Shown piece by piece: positions 36,628-44,853 of a stretch of DNA of 64,000 nucleotides. The DNA lies in contig LBRD01000003.1 of assembly GCA_000991245.1 (NCBI GenBank), forward strand, positions 6,734 through 70,733. Reading direction: 5' to 3'. Position 1 is the first letter of the stretch. Each line of letters begins with the position of its first letter. Both the position numbers and the translations under genes were made by a program. The DNA is from Parcubacteria group bacterium GW2011_GWC1_36_108. Lineage in GTDB: Bacteria > Patescibacteriota > Minisyncoccia > Moranbacterales > GWC2-37-73. Under the pieces are notes generated by a model, which worked only from the letters and a program-made list of their open reading frames with translations, ran no database searches and was not told the origin of the DNA.

Positions 36628-37437
36628 ATGGAACTTTCTATAATCGTAACAAGTTATCGCAATCCCGAACTCCTACGAGTTTGCTTGGATTCAATCAGAA
36701 AATGCGTCACTGGGATCGCGTATGAGTTAATTGTGGCTGATAGTGCAACCCAGGAGGATATGGAGATGATGATGCGTGAAGATTATGCTGATGTTAAGTT
36801 TTTTTCTTTTGAAAAGAACGTTGGATTTCAAGCTTTGGTAAAAATAGGACTTGATAATTCTGTGGGCAAATATATATTAATGCTTAATGGGGATATTCTT
36901 GTTACGCCAGATTCTGTGACCAAGATGTTAGAATTTTTGAAAACGGATGCTTCAATTGGAATGGTTGGTCCAAAGCTGCTTAATTTTAATGGCACACTTC
37001 AACCTTCCTGTTTTCGTTTTTATAAGCCGATTACAATTGTTTATCGCAGAACATTTTTAAGCAAATTTTCTTTTGCAAAAAAACATTTGGATTGGTTTTT
37101 GATGAAAGACTATGATCACAGTGAGCCAAAGGAAGTTGATTGGATTATGGGAAGTGCGGTTATGATTTCAAGATCTGCTTTGGAAAAAGTAGGGATTATG
37201 GATCCTCGATATTTTATGTATATGGAAGATGTTGATTGGTGTCGCAGGTTTTGGGAGAATGGCTTTAAGGTGATATATTTTCCATTGGTTAGTATGCATC
37301 ATTATCACGGCAAAGGAAGTGCCAAGGGTGGCGTGATAAGATCACTATTGTTTAACAAATATACCTGGATTCATATTGCAAGTGGAATTAAATATTTCAA
37401 AAAGTTTTTAGGAAAACCGCTCCCAATTCATAATTAA
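36628..37437 (+). CDS. GT2 glycosyltransferase (rhamnosyl/galactofuranosyl-transferase-like, soluble)
   Basis: MELSIIVTSYRNPELLRVCLDSI, LNGDILV (DxD region), DWCRRFWENGFKVIY. Confidence 0.8.
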   Translation: MELSIIVTSYRNPELLRVCLDSIRKCVTGIAYELIVADSATQEDMEMMMREDYADVKFFSFEKNVGFQALVKIGLDNSVGKYILMLNGDILVTPDSVTKMLEFLKTDASIGMVGPKLLNFNGTLQPSCFRFYKPITIVYRRTFLSKFSFAKKHLDWFLMKDYDHSEPKEVDWIMGSAVMISRSALEKVGIMDPRYFMYMEDVDWCRRFWENGFKVIYFPLVSMHHYHGKGSAKGGVIRSLLFNKYTWIHIASGIKYFKKFLGKPLPIHN

Positions 37438-37442
37438 TAGGA

Positions 37443-37573
37443 TTAGGACTTACGCATTTTCTCAACGATTTCTTTTTTGGCACGTTTTTGACCCAAGACT
37501 ATGGTTAAAAACTCAAAGAATTGCTGTCGCAATAATTGGCTAAAAAAGAAATGTTTCGAAATGCGTAACCTCT
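37443..37573. mobile_element. 130-bp palindromic repeat element (MITE-B), copy 1
   Basis: ttaggacttacgcattttctcaacgatttcttttttggc ... gccaaaaaagaaatgtttcgaaatgcgtaacctc. The whole element can fold as one long hairpin. ~90% identical to 49102-49234. Confidence 0.65.
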
Positions 37574-37594
37574 AAGTATTACAAAATTAATAAT

Positions 37595-38881
37595 ATGTCA
37601 GATTTTCAGCAGTCGAAAGATTTTCCGGAAGAATTTCAACTTTATAAAAAAAGAATGTTGAAATATTTCGTCCAAATATTTGCAATTATCTTGTTGGGCG
37701 GGGGAGTATTCTGGATGGGTTTTGAAAATGGAAAGAATAGTGGGCAATTAGAAGCTCCAATTTCAATTGAAGGTGCAATGTTTAAAAATAAAGATCAAGG
37801 TGCTGATGGCGCCATCGATTTTTCTTTGTTTTGGAGCGTCTGGGACTTGCTCAAGAGCAAATATGTTGATGCGGGAAGTTTGGATGCGAAAAAGCTATAC
37901 TACGGAGCTATAAAGGGTATGCTTGCAGCCACGGGAGATCCGTATACAACATTTCTTGATCCTATTGAAAATCAAAAATTTGGCGAGGATATTTCCGGAA
38001 ATTTCGAAGGAATTGGAGCTGAACTTGGAATAAAGAGTGGAATCCTTACGGTTATTGCACCACTTCAGGGAACACCAGCGGAAAAAGCGGGGATTCGCAG
38101 TGGTGACAAGATAATAAAAATTGATGGCAAATCTTCTGGCGATATGACAATTGAAGAAGCTGTCGATCATATTCGTGGGAAAAAGGGAACCAGTGTGGTG
38201 CTAACTGTTTATCGAGAAGGAAATGCTGATGCGCAGGATATTACCGTGCAAAGAGGTATAATCAATGTTAAGAGTGTGACTTTTGAGGTTAAAGAAAATA
38301 ATATTGCCTATATAAAAATTACGCGTTTTGGAGATGACACGAACAAGCTTTTTGCAGAAGCTATTAAAAAAGTTTCTACTGCAAAAAATCAGGGACTTGT
38401 GATTGATTTGCGGAATAATCCTGGTGGATATCTTGAAACATCAATAGATGTTGCCAGCAAATTATTGCCAAAAGGTAAAATCGTGGTTATTGAAGAGAGT
38501 GGCAACAAGAGTCAAAAGAAAATGTATACCCGAGGAGGTGATGTGGCCAGCGAGATTGAAACTGTGGTGCTTATCAACGAGGGAAGTGCTAGTGCCTCAG
38601 AAATTTTGGCAGGAGCGCTTAAAAATAATCGCAGCAATATAACCTTGGTTGGAAAAAAATCATTTGGCAAAGGATCGGTGCAGGAATTTATTGAAATGCC
38701 ACAAGGCACAGCTGCCAAAATAACAGTTGCGCGTTGGCTCACACCTGATGGCACGCAAATCAATGAGCAAGGCATCAAACCTGACAATGAAGTTGAGTTT
38801 AGTGACGAAGACTATGAAAATAATCGCGATCCTCAATTGGATGAAGCATTGAAGATATTGAAAGAAAAACTTTCTTTATAA
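37595..38881 (+). CDS. ctpA: Carboxyl-terminal processing protease (S41 family, PDZ domain)
   Basis: N-terminal TM anchor, PDZ domain (GIRSGDKIIKIDGK), S41 catalytic region VLINEGSASASEILAGALK ... GKGSVQ. Confidence 0.85.
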   Translation: MSDFQQSKDFPEEFQLYKKRMLKYFVQIFAIILLGGGVFWMGFENGKNSGQLEAPISIEGAMFKNKDQGADGAIDFSLFWSVWDLLKSKYVDAGSLDAKKLYYGAIKGMLAATGDPYTTFLDPIENQKFGEDISGNFEGIGAELGIKSGILTVIAPLQGTPAEKAGIRSGDKIIKIDGKSSGDMTIEEAVDHIRGKKGTSVVLTVYREGNADAQDITVQRGIINVKSVTFEVKENNIAYIKITRFGDDTNKLFAEAIKKVSTAKNQGLVIDLRNNPGGYLETSIDVASKLLPKGKIVVIEESGNKSQKKMYTRGGDVASEIETVVLINEGSASASEILAGALKNNRSNITLVGKKSFGKGSVQEFIEMPQGTAAKITVARWLTPDGTQINEQGIKPDNEVEFSDEDYENNRDPQLDEALKILKEKLSL

Positions 38882-38944
38882 ATAAGTTACTTGTTTTGTA
38901 AGAGATAAAAACACTCAGTTTCAACTGAGTGTTTTGCGTTTCAA

Positions 38945-38975
38945 ACTCATTTCCACATTTCTTTTTCCCGTAAGC
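38945..38975. repeat. Truncated copy of repeat D
   Basis: actcatttccacatttctttttcccg then diverges. Confidence 0.5.
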
Positions 38976-38987
38976 GGAATATAAATA

Positions 38988-39821
38988 CTATTTTACTAGT
39001 GGGAATCCTTTGTCTTTCCAGCCGGTCATCGCTGTGCGCATTACGTAGGGAGAAACAAGTAGCATATCATACATTTGAACCGAAGCTTGAAATTCCTGCA
39101 GTTCATTTAAGCCGACCACGATAACCTTTTTTTCTGTGATTTCGTTACGTCTTTTTTCAAGTTCTTCGAATGGAATGTTTTTTGCTTCTGCTATATGACC
39201 CTCGGCAAATTGCTCTTTGGAGCGAACGTCTATAATATAGATAGGAACTTTTTGCGTTATTGCATCATTGAGCTCAGCTGGATCAAGATATAAAACCTTT
39301 GCTTGATCCACAAATGATTTTGGATCGCCATAAGTAACAGTTGCTCCGATAATTTGAGTCCAAGAAGACATTCCTCCAGCCAGAACAATAATATTTTTGC
39401 AATCTTCTTCCTTAAGTTTTTCCAGTGCTGTGGAGATGTTTTTATCGGCGCTGTCACTTCCGATGACAACAATAAGATTTTTGGTGTTTATTTTTTCTTT
39501 TACTGGAAATTCATCAAGCGGAATGTTGATTGCGTCCACAATGTGTTCTTGAATGTATTCATTAAAAGGTCTGATGTCCAGCAAAGTAAATTCTTCTTTT
39601 GTTCCAATGCCTAGAATTTTTTTGTTAAGATCTTTTGCGCCGATTGTTTCATACGGCAGTGATGTTGAAAGCTGCGAATTTAAGTTGCTTTGCTTGGAGT
39701 CGGAATTATCTTTTTTTGTAAAATCAGAATTGCGAAGCAGTGTAAAAACAATAACAAAAAGAATCAAACCAAAACCAAGACCGATAATCATTTTTTCTTT
39801 TTTGTCTTTTTCTATTTCCAT
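38988..39821 (-). CDS. Membrane-anchored tandem rhodanese-domain protein
   Basis: TM helix, then two rhodanese-homology domains (LLDIRPFNEYIQEHIVDAINIPLDEF; IIDVRSKEQFAEGHIAEAKNIPFEEL). A Cys lies in the first domain (MSSWTQ region; ...LAGGMSSW). Confidence 0.6.
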   Translation of the reverse strand: MEIEKDKKEKMIIGLGFGLILFVIVFTLLRNSDFTKKDNSDSKQSNLNSQLSTSLPYETIGAKDLNKKILGIGTKEEFTLLDIRPFNEYIQEHIVDAINIPLDEFPVKEKINTKNLIVVIGSDSADKNISTALEKLKEEDCKNIIVLAGGMSSWTQIIGATVTYGDPKSFVDQAKVLYLDPAELNDAITQKVPIYIIDVRSKEQFAEGHIAEAKNIPFEELEKRRNEITEKKVIVVGLNELQEFQASVQMYDMLLVSPYVMRTAMTGWKDKGFPLVK

Positions 39822-39857
39822 ATTTACTTGTGATTATATTCAATTTATAATATTGAA

Positions 39858-40820
39858 TTATTGCAAAATACTGCCGATAAAATTTGGATAACCGTTGATA
39901 AATTCTTTTATGGTTGCAGTTTTTTTGCCTTCTTTTTGAATTTCCTTGAGAATGACGATGCCTTCTTCGGTTTGAATTCCAATATCATCTCCCAATTCGA
40001 AAATCTCGCCAACCTGATGTTTTTCGATCGGATTAATTTTTTGTAGCTCGATGGAAATTAATTTCAGCCTGATGTTTTCCGCAGAGTTTTTCCAAAAAGT
40101 GAAAATGCCCGGCCAAGGAGTGAGGGCGCGATATTTGTTGAAGATATCCTGAGCACTGTCTGTCCAAAATATTCTACCATCTTCGCGTTCAATCAATTGG
40201 CAAAGCGTTGCCTGGCTGTGATCTTGAGCAGTGGGCTGGATTTTGCGTTCAATCCAAAGAGGAATAGTTTTTAACAATAGCGCTGCGCCTATAAAAGACA
40301 ATTTTTCCATTAAAATTGCAGTTGTGTCGTTTTGCTGGATGGTTACTTTTTCCTGAGTCAAAATATCTCCCGTATCAACACCTTCATCCATCAGCATTAT
40401 GGTCACGCCAGTCTCTGTTTCACCTGAAAGCAAAGCATTTTGGATAGGAGATGGACCGCGATATTTTGGCAAGAGCGAAACGTGCACATTGATGCAACCA
40501 AAACCTGGGATTTCCAAGGCTTCCTTGGGGATTATTTTTCCATATGCCGCTACGATAATAAGATCGGGTTTTAGTTTTTTCAATTCCTCAACTGCATCAG
40601 TTTTAAATTTGACAGGTTGAAAAACGGGGATGCTGCTTTGCTCAGCCAGTTGTTTTACCAAAGGTTTTTCAATTTCTTGTTTGCGTCCAACCTTGGTGTC
40701 AGGTTTCGTGAAAACCCCCACGATGTTATATTCATCGTCAATTAAGGCTCTGAGAACTTTTTCCGACAAATCGGAAGTTCCCATAAAAACAACCCGCAGT
40801 TTTATTTTTTTTGAATCCAT
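39858..40820 (-). CDS. fmt: Methionyl-tRNA formyltransferase
   Basis: LRVVFMGTSDLS, INVHVSLLPKYRGPSPIQNALLSGETETGVTIMLMDEGVDTGDIL (formyltransferase SLLP/HxSLLP motif), C-terminal domain. Confidence 0.9.
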   Translation of the reverse strand: MDSKKIKLRVVFMGTSDLSEKVLRALIDDEYNIVGVFTKPDTKVGRKQEIEKPLVKQLAEQSSIPVFQPVKFKTDAVEELKKLKPDLIIVAAYGKIIPKEALEIPGFGCINVHVSLLPKYRGPSPIQNALLSGETETGVTIMLMDEGVDTGDILTQEKVTIQQNDTTAILMEKLSFIGAALLLKTIPLWIERKIQPTAQDHSQATLCQLIEREDGRIFWTDSAQDIFNKYRALTPWPGIFTFWKNSAENIRLKLISIELQKINPIEKHQVGEIFELGDDIGIQTEEGIVILKEIQKEGKKTATIKEFINGYPNFIGSILQ

Positions 40821-40848
40821 TTTATTTTTTATAAAAATATTTTCACAT

Positions 40849-40930
40849 TGTCATTCCCGTGAAAACGGGAATCCAGGACTGAGTCTGACTGAAGAGCTAA
40901 ACTGGATCCTGAAACAAGTTCAGGATGACA
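40849..40930. mobile_element. MITE-like element, TGTCATTCC family, copy 4 (between fmt and def)
   Basis: tgtcattcccgtgaaaacgggaatccaggactgag...ggatcctgaaacaagttcaggatgaca. Confidence 0.7.
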
Positions 40931-40940
40931 AACAATTAAT

Positions 40941-41429
40941 TTATTTTTTATTTTTAACATCATTCGGTTTAATTTTAGGTTGACGTGTTTTTTTCACTCT
41001 ATCAATAATGAGCATACCATCAAGATGATCAAGTTCGTGCTGAATGGCTCTGGCCAGTAAATCGCGACCCTTGAGCTTGCTTGCCTTGCCGTTTTCGTCA
41101 ATATATCTAACTTGCACTTCCTTGTAACGAGAAATCGGAAAAAATTTCCCCGGGAAACTAAGACAACCTTCTTCAGAAACAACCTTAATTTTTGATTTGG
41201 CGGTGATTTGGGGATTAATGAGGACATATTGAACACCTTCCGTTTCAATCACGCACACGCGCAAATTTGAGCCAACCTGCGTCGCTGCCAAGCCAACACC
41301 ATTATTGGCATACATCGTTTCAATCATATTTAAAACAAGCTCCTGCACATCTTTAGCAAGAGGATCTTTAATTTTCACCGTTTTCACCCGCAAAAGGGGA
41401 TTGGGATCTTTTAGGATTTTTAACTTCAT
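40941..41429 (-). CDS. def: Peptide deformylase
   Basis: GVGLAATQVG (motif I), EGCLSFPG (II), HELDHLDG (III). 162 aa. Confidence 0.9.
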   Translation of the reverse strand: MKLKILKDPNPLLRVKTVKIKDPLAKDVQELVLNMIETMYANNGVGLAATQVGSNLRVCVIETEGVQYVLINPQITAKSKIKVVSEEGCLSFPGKFFPISRYKEVQVRYIDENGKASKLKGRDLLARAIQHELDHLDGMLIIDRVKKTRQPKIKPNDVKNKK

Positions 41430-41444
41430 ATTTATAGCTAGTGT

Positions 41445-42263
41445 TTAAAATGGGCTTTTGATGTTTCTAAGCATTGGATTAGTTACTTTCGTGTATATCT
41501 GTGTTGTTCTTATATTAGCATGTCCAAGCAATTCTTGTACATATCGCACATCAACCCCATTTTCAAGCAGATGAGTGGCAAAAGAATGTCTAAGTGAGTG
41601 AAAAGTGGCTTCTTTTTGAACCTCAGCTTTTTGCAGAGCATTTTCAAAAACTTTTTGTGCGCTACGCTCATCTAATTTTCCTCCGCGATTACTGGCAAAA
41701 ACATAATCATTTAAATCTCTAAGCGCAATCATATTAAGCAATTGTGGTTTCAATTTTTCTGAAATTACACTTATTCTATCCTTGTTTCCTTTAGCTCCTT
41801 TTATATGAATTGTTAATTCGTCTAAATTGATGTCTTTAATCTTTAAATTTATTGCTTCACTGACGCGAAAACCTGCGCCATAGGAAAGGGAAATGAGCAG
41901 CTTATGTTTCGGATTGCTTATGGAATCAATCATTCTTCCAATCTCATCCCTAGAAAGTACTACGGGCAATTTGCTGGCAGTTTTGGCAAATTTGATATCA
42001 ATTTCAATATTATTTTTAAAAACTTCTCTATAAAAGTATTTAATAGCTTGAAGATGCACATTCATCGTCTGTGAGGATTGTCCACGAGCTTGTTTTTCTA
42101 ATAAATATTTCTTAATTACTTCAATTTCCGGTTCGCGCTTAATAATTTTAATGTATTTGAAATATTCATTCAGACAAGACAAATAACTCTCAATTGTCCT
42201 TGGACTGTAATTTCGAAGTTTCAGTTCGTTTTTGATTTTTTCCAGCAACTCTTGGAGATTCAT
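41445..42263 (-). CDS. Xer-type tyrosine site-specific recombinase (272 aa; lacks the integron-integrase additional domain)
   Basis: Catalytic residues. R in LSYGAGFRVSEAINLKIKDI. KGAKGNKDRISVISEKL. HSLRHSFATHLLENGVDVRYVQELLGHANIRTTQIYTKV (H-x-x-R ... Y). Only ~45 aa lie between patch III and HSLRHSF, so there is no room for the IntI-specific domain. Transcribed divergently from the downstream cassette-like array. Confidence 0.85.
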   Translation of the reverse strand: MNLQELLEKIKNELKLRNYSPRTIESYLSCLNEYFKYIKIIKREPEIEVIKKYLLEKQARGQSSQTMNVHLQAIKYFYREVFKNNIEIDIKFAKTASKLPVVLSRDEIGRMIDSISNPKHKLLISLSYGAGFRVSEAINLKIKDINLDELTIHIKGAKGNKDRISVISEKLKPQLLNMIALRDLNDYVFASNRGGKLDERSAQKVFENALQKAEVQKEATFHSLRHSFATHLLENGVDVRYVQELLGHANIRTTQIYTKVTNPMLRNIKSPF

Positions 42264-42375
42264 AAAAAATATGCTATATTTTATTCATAAATCAGTGATG
42301 GTTGTATTATACTAAAAGTTCGCATAACCTGCAACTTTCAACATACTATCAAACACTAAGTTCGTATATAAAGGA

Positions 42376-42384
42376 GTTATGTGC
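42376..42384 (+). promoter_or_regulatory. attI-like recombination core site G^TTATGTGC, ~110 bp upstream of the recombinase start codon
   Basis: GTTATGTGC is the exact reverse complement of the inverse core GCACATAAC (43157-43165) of the first attC-like element. Same G^TT context as the three downstream elements. Confidence 0.55.
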
Positions 42385-42489
42385 AATAGCCAGAAATACC
42401 CCATTATCTTTTAGAATTTTTTTTGGCGAAATGCAGGGTCGAATAACTCAAGGTAAAATTAATATTAATTAAATTAAACAACAAACATT

Positions 42490-43110
42490 ATGAAAGAAAT
42501 GTATCAACCATCGCAAGCTGAAATAAAAAAAGCAGAAGATGTCATGACTGAAGAACAAAAACTTGAGAGCATGACGAGAGAAAATGCTGTTCACGCAGGG
42601 GAAGCATCTTTCAGTGATTATGATGAAACAAAAAAAATTAACCCAGAAAAAACCCATAAAATTGAGATAGAACTGCAAGCCACAATTTATAAGGAATTCA
42701 ATGATCGAGTTAAAGAATTAGTTAAATCATATACAGAAAGCCTATCTGCCCTAAAAAGAGAAGCTAACTATGAAGACGACGAGCAGCTTGATGAGATAGA
42801 TAAAAAAATAAATGAATTAACAAAAAAATTATTTGAAGACTTTGGAGAACAGTATATGCGCTTAAGCAAGGTTGTAATAGACACCACAATAACAATATCA
42901 GATTTTGTAATTCATAAAAAAGACATGTTATTACAGCAAGAAGAAGATCAACAAAAAAGACAGGAGTTAGAAGCCAGCATACTTAAAAGCGAAAATGCAA
43001 AAATACAAAGAGCGGAAGCTGTCATAGCAAATCTTGAAAAATATATAAACGATGTTAAAAACAATTTTGAAAAAGGTGCTGAAGAATTAATGAAAGAAAT
43101 AAAGAAATAA
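42490..43110 (+). CDS. Cassette 1 cargo: hypothetical acidic coiled-coil protein
   Basis: 206 aa, E/K-rich, predicted coiled coil. No recognisable domain. Confidence 0.5.
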   Translation: MKEMYQPSQAEIKKAEDVMTEEQKLESMTRENAVHAGEASFSDYDETKKINPEKTHKIEIELQATIYKEFNDRVKELVKSYTESLSALKREANYEDDEQLDEIDKKINELTKKLFEDFGEQYMRLSKVVIDTTITISDFVIHKKDMLLQQEEDQQKRQELEASILKSENAKIQRAEAVIANLEKYINDVKNNFEKGAEELMKEIKK

Positions 43111-43156
43111 GAAAAATTCGCCAAAAAAAATTAAACACAAATAAGGAATGGGTATT

Positions 43157-43364
43157 TCTAGCTACAGCACATAACAGCCCATATCTGGCTACAGGAAATT
43201 GACGCTAGTAAAAACAATATTGAGTGTCAATTTCCCTCCGCCCAAATTTTCATCCCTTGGTTTGATGAAGGTTTAGGCGGAGTGCATTAAAAAAAATATC
43301 AGCCTGTAATTAAAGTTTATCCTGCTAAACGGGATGAAAACTTCAGATATGGGCGACGTTGTGC
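43157..43364 (+). other. attC-like imperfect palindromic recombination element 1 (inverse core GCACATAAC ... core acG^TTGTGCG)
   Basis: 5' cccatatctgg pairs with 3' ccagatatggg. Internal hairpin gaaattgac/gtcaatttc. Conserved cccaaat and aacttcagat. The 3' GTTGTGCG is complementary to the next element's inverse core CGCACAAC. Confidence 0.6.
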
Positions 43365-43527
43365 GAAATAAATTTTTTATCTATACTAATATTAGCGTTT
43401 AGTGATGCTAGTAAGGACAGAAAATTTGATTTTTTAATTATTTTAAGAGGGGTAATATGTGTTTTTCTGCTCTTTGGGGAGCAGAAAAAATTAATTCATT
43501 TGTAATTTATTTTTAAGCAATAAAACT

Positions 43528-44430
43528 ATGAGCATGGAACAACCAAAATTTAATCCACACAATCCTGAATATAAAAAAGTTGAGGATTTACCAAAAGAAG
43601 AACAAGTAAATTATTCTGACGTTGAAGGTGGTTTTGTTCAAAAAGAAGCAGCTGAGTTTTATAAAATAGCGCAGGACATTGAAAGAATTACAGAGCGCGA
43701 AAGTGGCTCAATGAGTGCTGACAAATTCATGATGCTTCTCGCGCAAGATGAGGACACGAAAAGAGAATGGGATGCGCTTACTGGAAAACAAAAGCTCAAT
43801 GTTCTCATGGGAAATCCTAAAAAAGAGGACATGGATTTATCGACTTGGAACACGAATAGGTCTGCGATAGAGAAAACTCTTGAAGAACATCCTGAACTTA
43901 GAGATAACAAGAAGCTTATGCTTAAATTGATTATTTCAGGTACCAGTCAGGCACCAGGGCTTGCTTCTGAAAAAGTGCGTAATGATAAGGGTTACGCTTT
44001 GGAGGCGGTAAAACGAAACGGAATGGCTCTCGGGTATCTTCCAGAGGAGATGCAAGACGATGAAGATGTTGTTATGGCAGCAGTTACTACGCGTGGATTA
44101 GCTCTTAGAGAGGCTTCTCCACGATTGCAGAACAATAGAGAAATTGTTGCTGCAGCAATCACCTCAGAGGATGGAGACTTTGGAGACATAATATATGCCT
44201 CCTCAGATGAGGTAATTGAAAGTTTATTGGATGAAAATAACCCAGCCAATAAGGATATTCTTTTAAAAGCGATGAATAACAAGCATGTCAATGATAATTA
44301 TAAAAGAATTGCCAGCTATAATCCAAATCATCCAGACTACCAGGGTGGGCAGTACGATGAAGTTTTCAAGAGATATGAGCATCTGCACATGCGTGAGAAA
44401 ATAGAGAAAATATTGGGAGAGAATTTATAA
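43528..44430 (+). CDS. Cassette 2 cargo: DUF4116 repeat-containing protein
   Basis: KGYALEAVKRNGMALGYLPEEMQDDEDVVMAAVTTRGLALREASPRLQNNREIVAAAITS is two DUF4116-type repeats (VxxNGxALxYaS). 300 aa. Confidence 0.55.
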   Translation: MSMEQPKFNPHNPEYKKVEDLPKEEQVNYSDVEGGFVQKEAAEFYKIAQDIERITERESGSMSADKFMMLLAQDEDTKREWDALTGKQKLNVLMGNPKKEDMDLSTWNTNRSAIEKTLEEHPELRDNKKLMLKLIISGTSQAPGLASEKVRNDKGYALEAVKRNGMALGYLPEEMQDDEDVVMAAVTTRGLALREASPRLQNNREIVAAAITSEDGDFGDIIYASSDEVIESLLDENNPANKDILLKAMNNKHVNDNYKRIASYNPNHPDYQGGQYDEVFKRYEHLHMREKIEKILGENL

Positions 44431-44572
44431 ATATCCAAAAAAATACCAATAAGGAGTCTTGAAAAAAGGAATTCACCCCTTACCCCTCTTCCTTTTTTCA
44501 AGACAAAAATCAAATTTTCTTAGACGCAACACAACGTTTAGTTTAATAAAAAACGAGATAAAAAATTTACAT

Positions 44573-44701
44573 CGCACAACAACTCATATCTGGCTCAAGA
44601 AATTGACACTTTAATGTTTCAGATGAAAGTCAATTTCTTTCGACCCAAATTTTTGTGCAATTACATTGCGCAAAAACTTCAGATATGAGTAACGTTAGCT
44701 G
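44573..44701 (+). other. attC-like element 2 (inverse core CGCACAAC ... core acG^TTAGCTG)
   Basis: The stem is ctcatatctgg / ccagatatgag. Against element 1 the pairs C:G>T:A co-vary. Same internal hairpin gaaattgac/gtcaatttc. 3' core is complementary to element 3's inverse core CAGCTAAC. Confidence 0.6.
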
Positions 44702-44853
44702 AAATATTTTTTTGTCTTTAGTAGTGATTTTTAGATTTGTGATTTAAATAGGGACAGAAAATTTGATTTTTAATTTATTTAAAGAGGGGTAATGGGATAT
44801 TTTTTTGCTCCTGGAATCGCAAAAAAAAGATTTATTTTATTTTTAAAAACAGT

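Noticed and set aside
41445-42263. Calling the recombinase a classical integron integrase (IntI)
   Set aside because: Only ~45 residues lie between patch III (KGAKGNKDRISVISEKL) and box II (HSLRHSF). The ~30-aa IntI-specific domain with the (A)LxxALxxKYPxAxxxWxW signature is absent, and the protein is 272 aa. Kept as a Xer-type recombinase with integron-like cassette behaviour.
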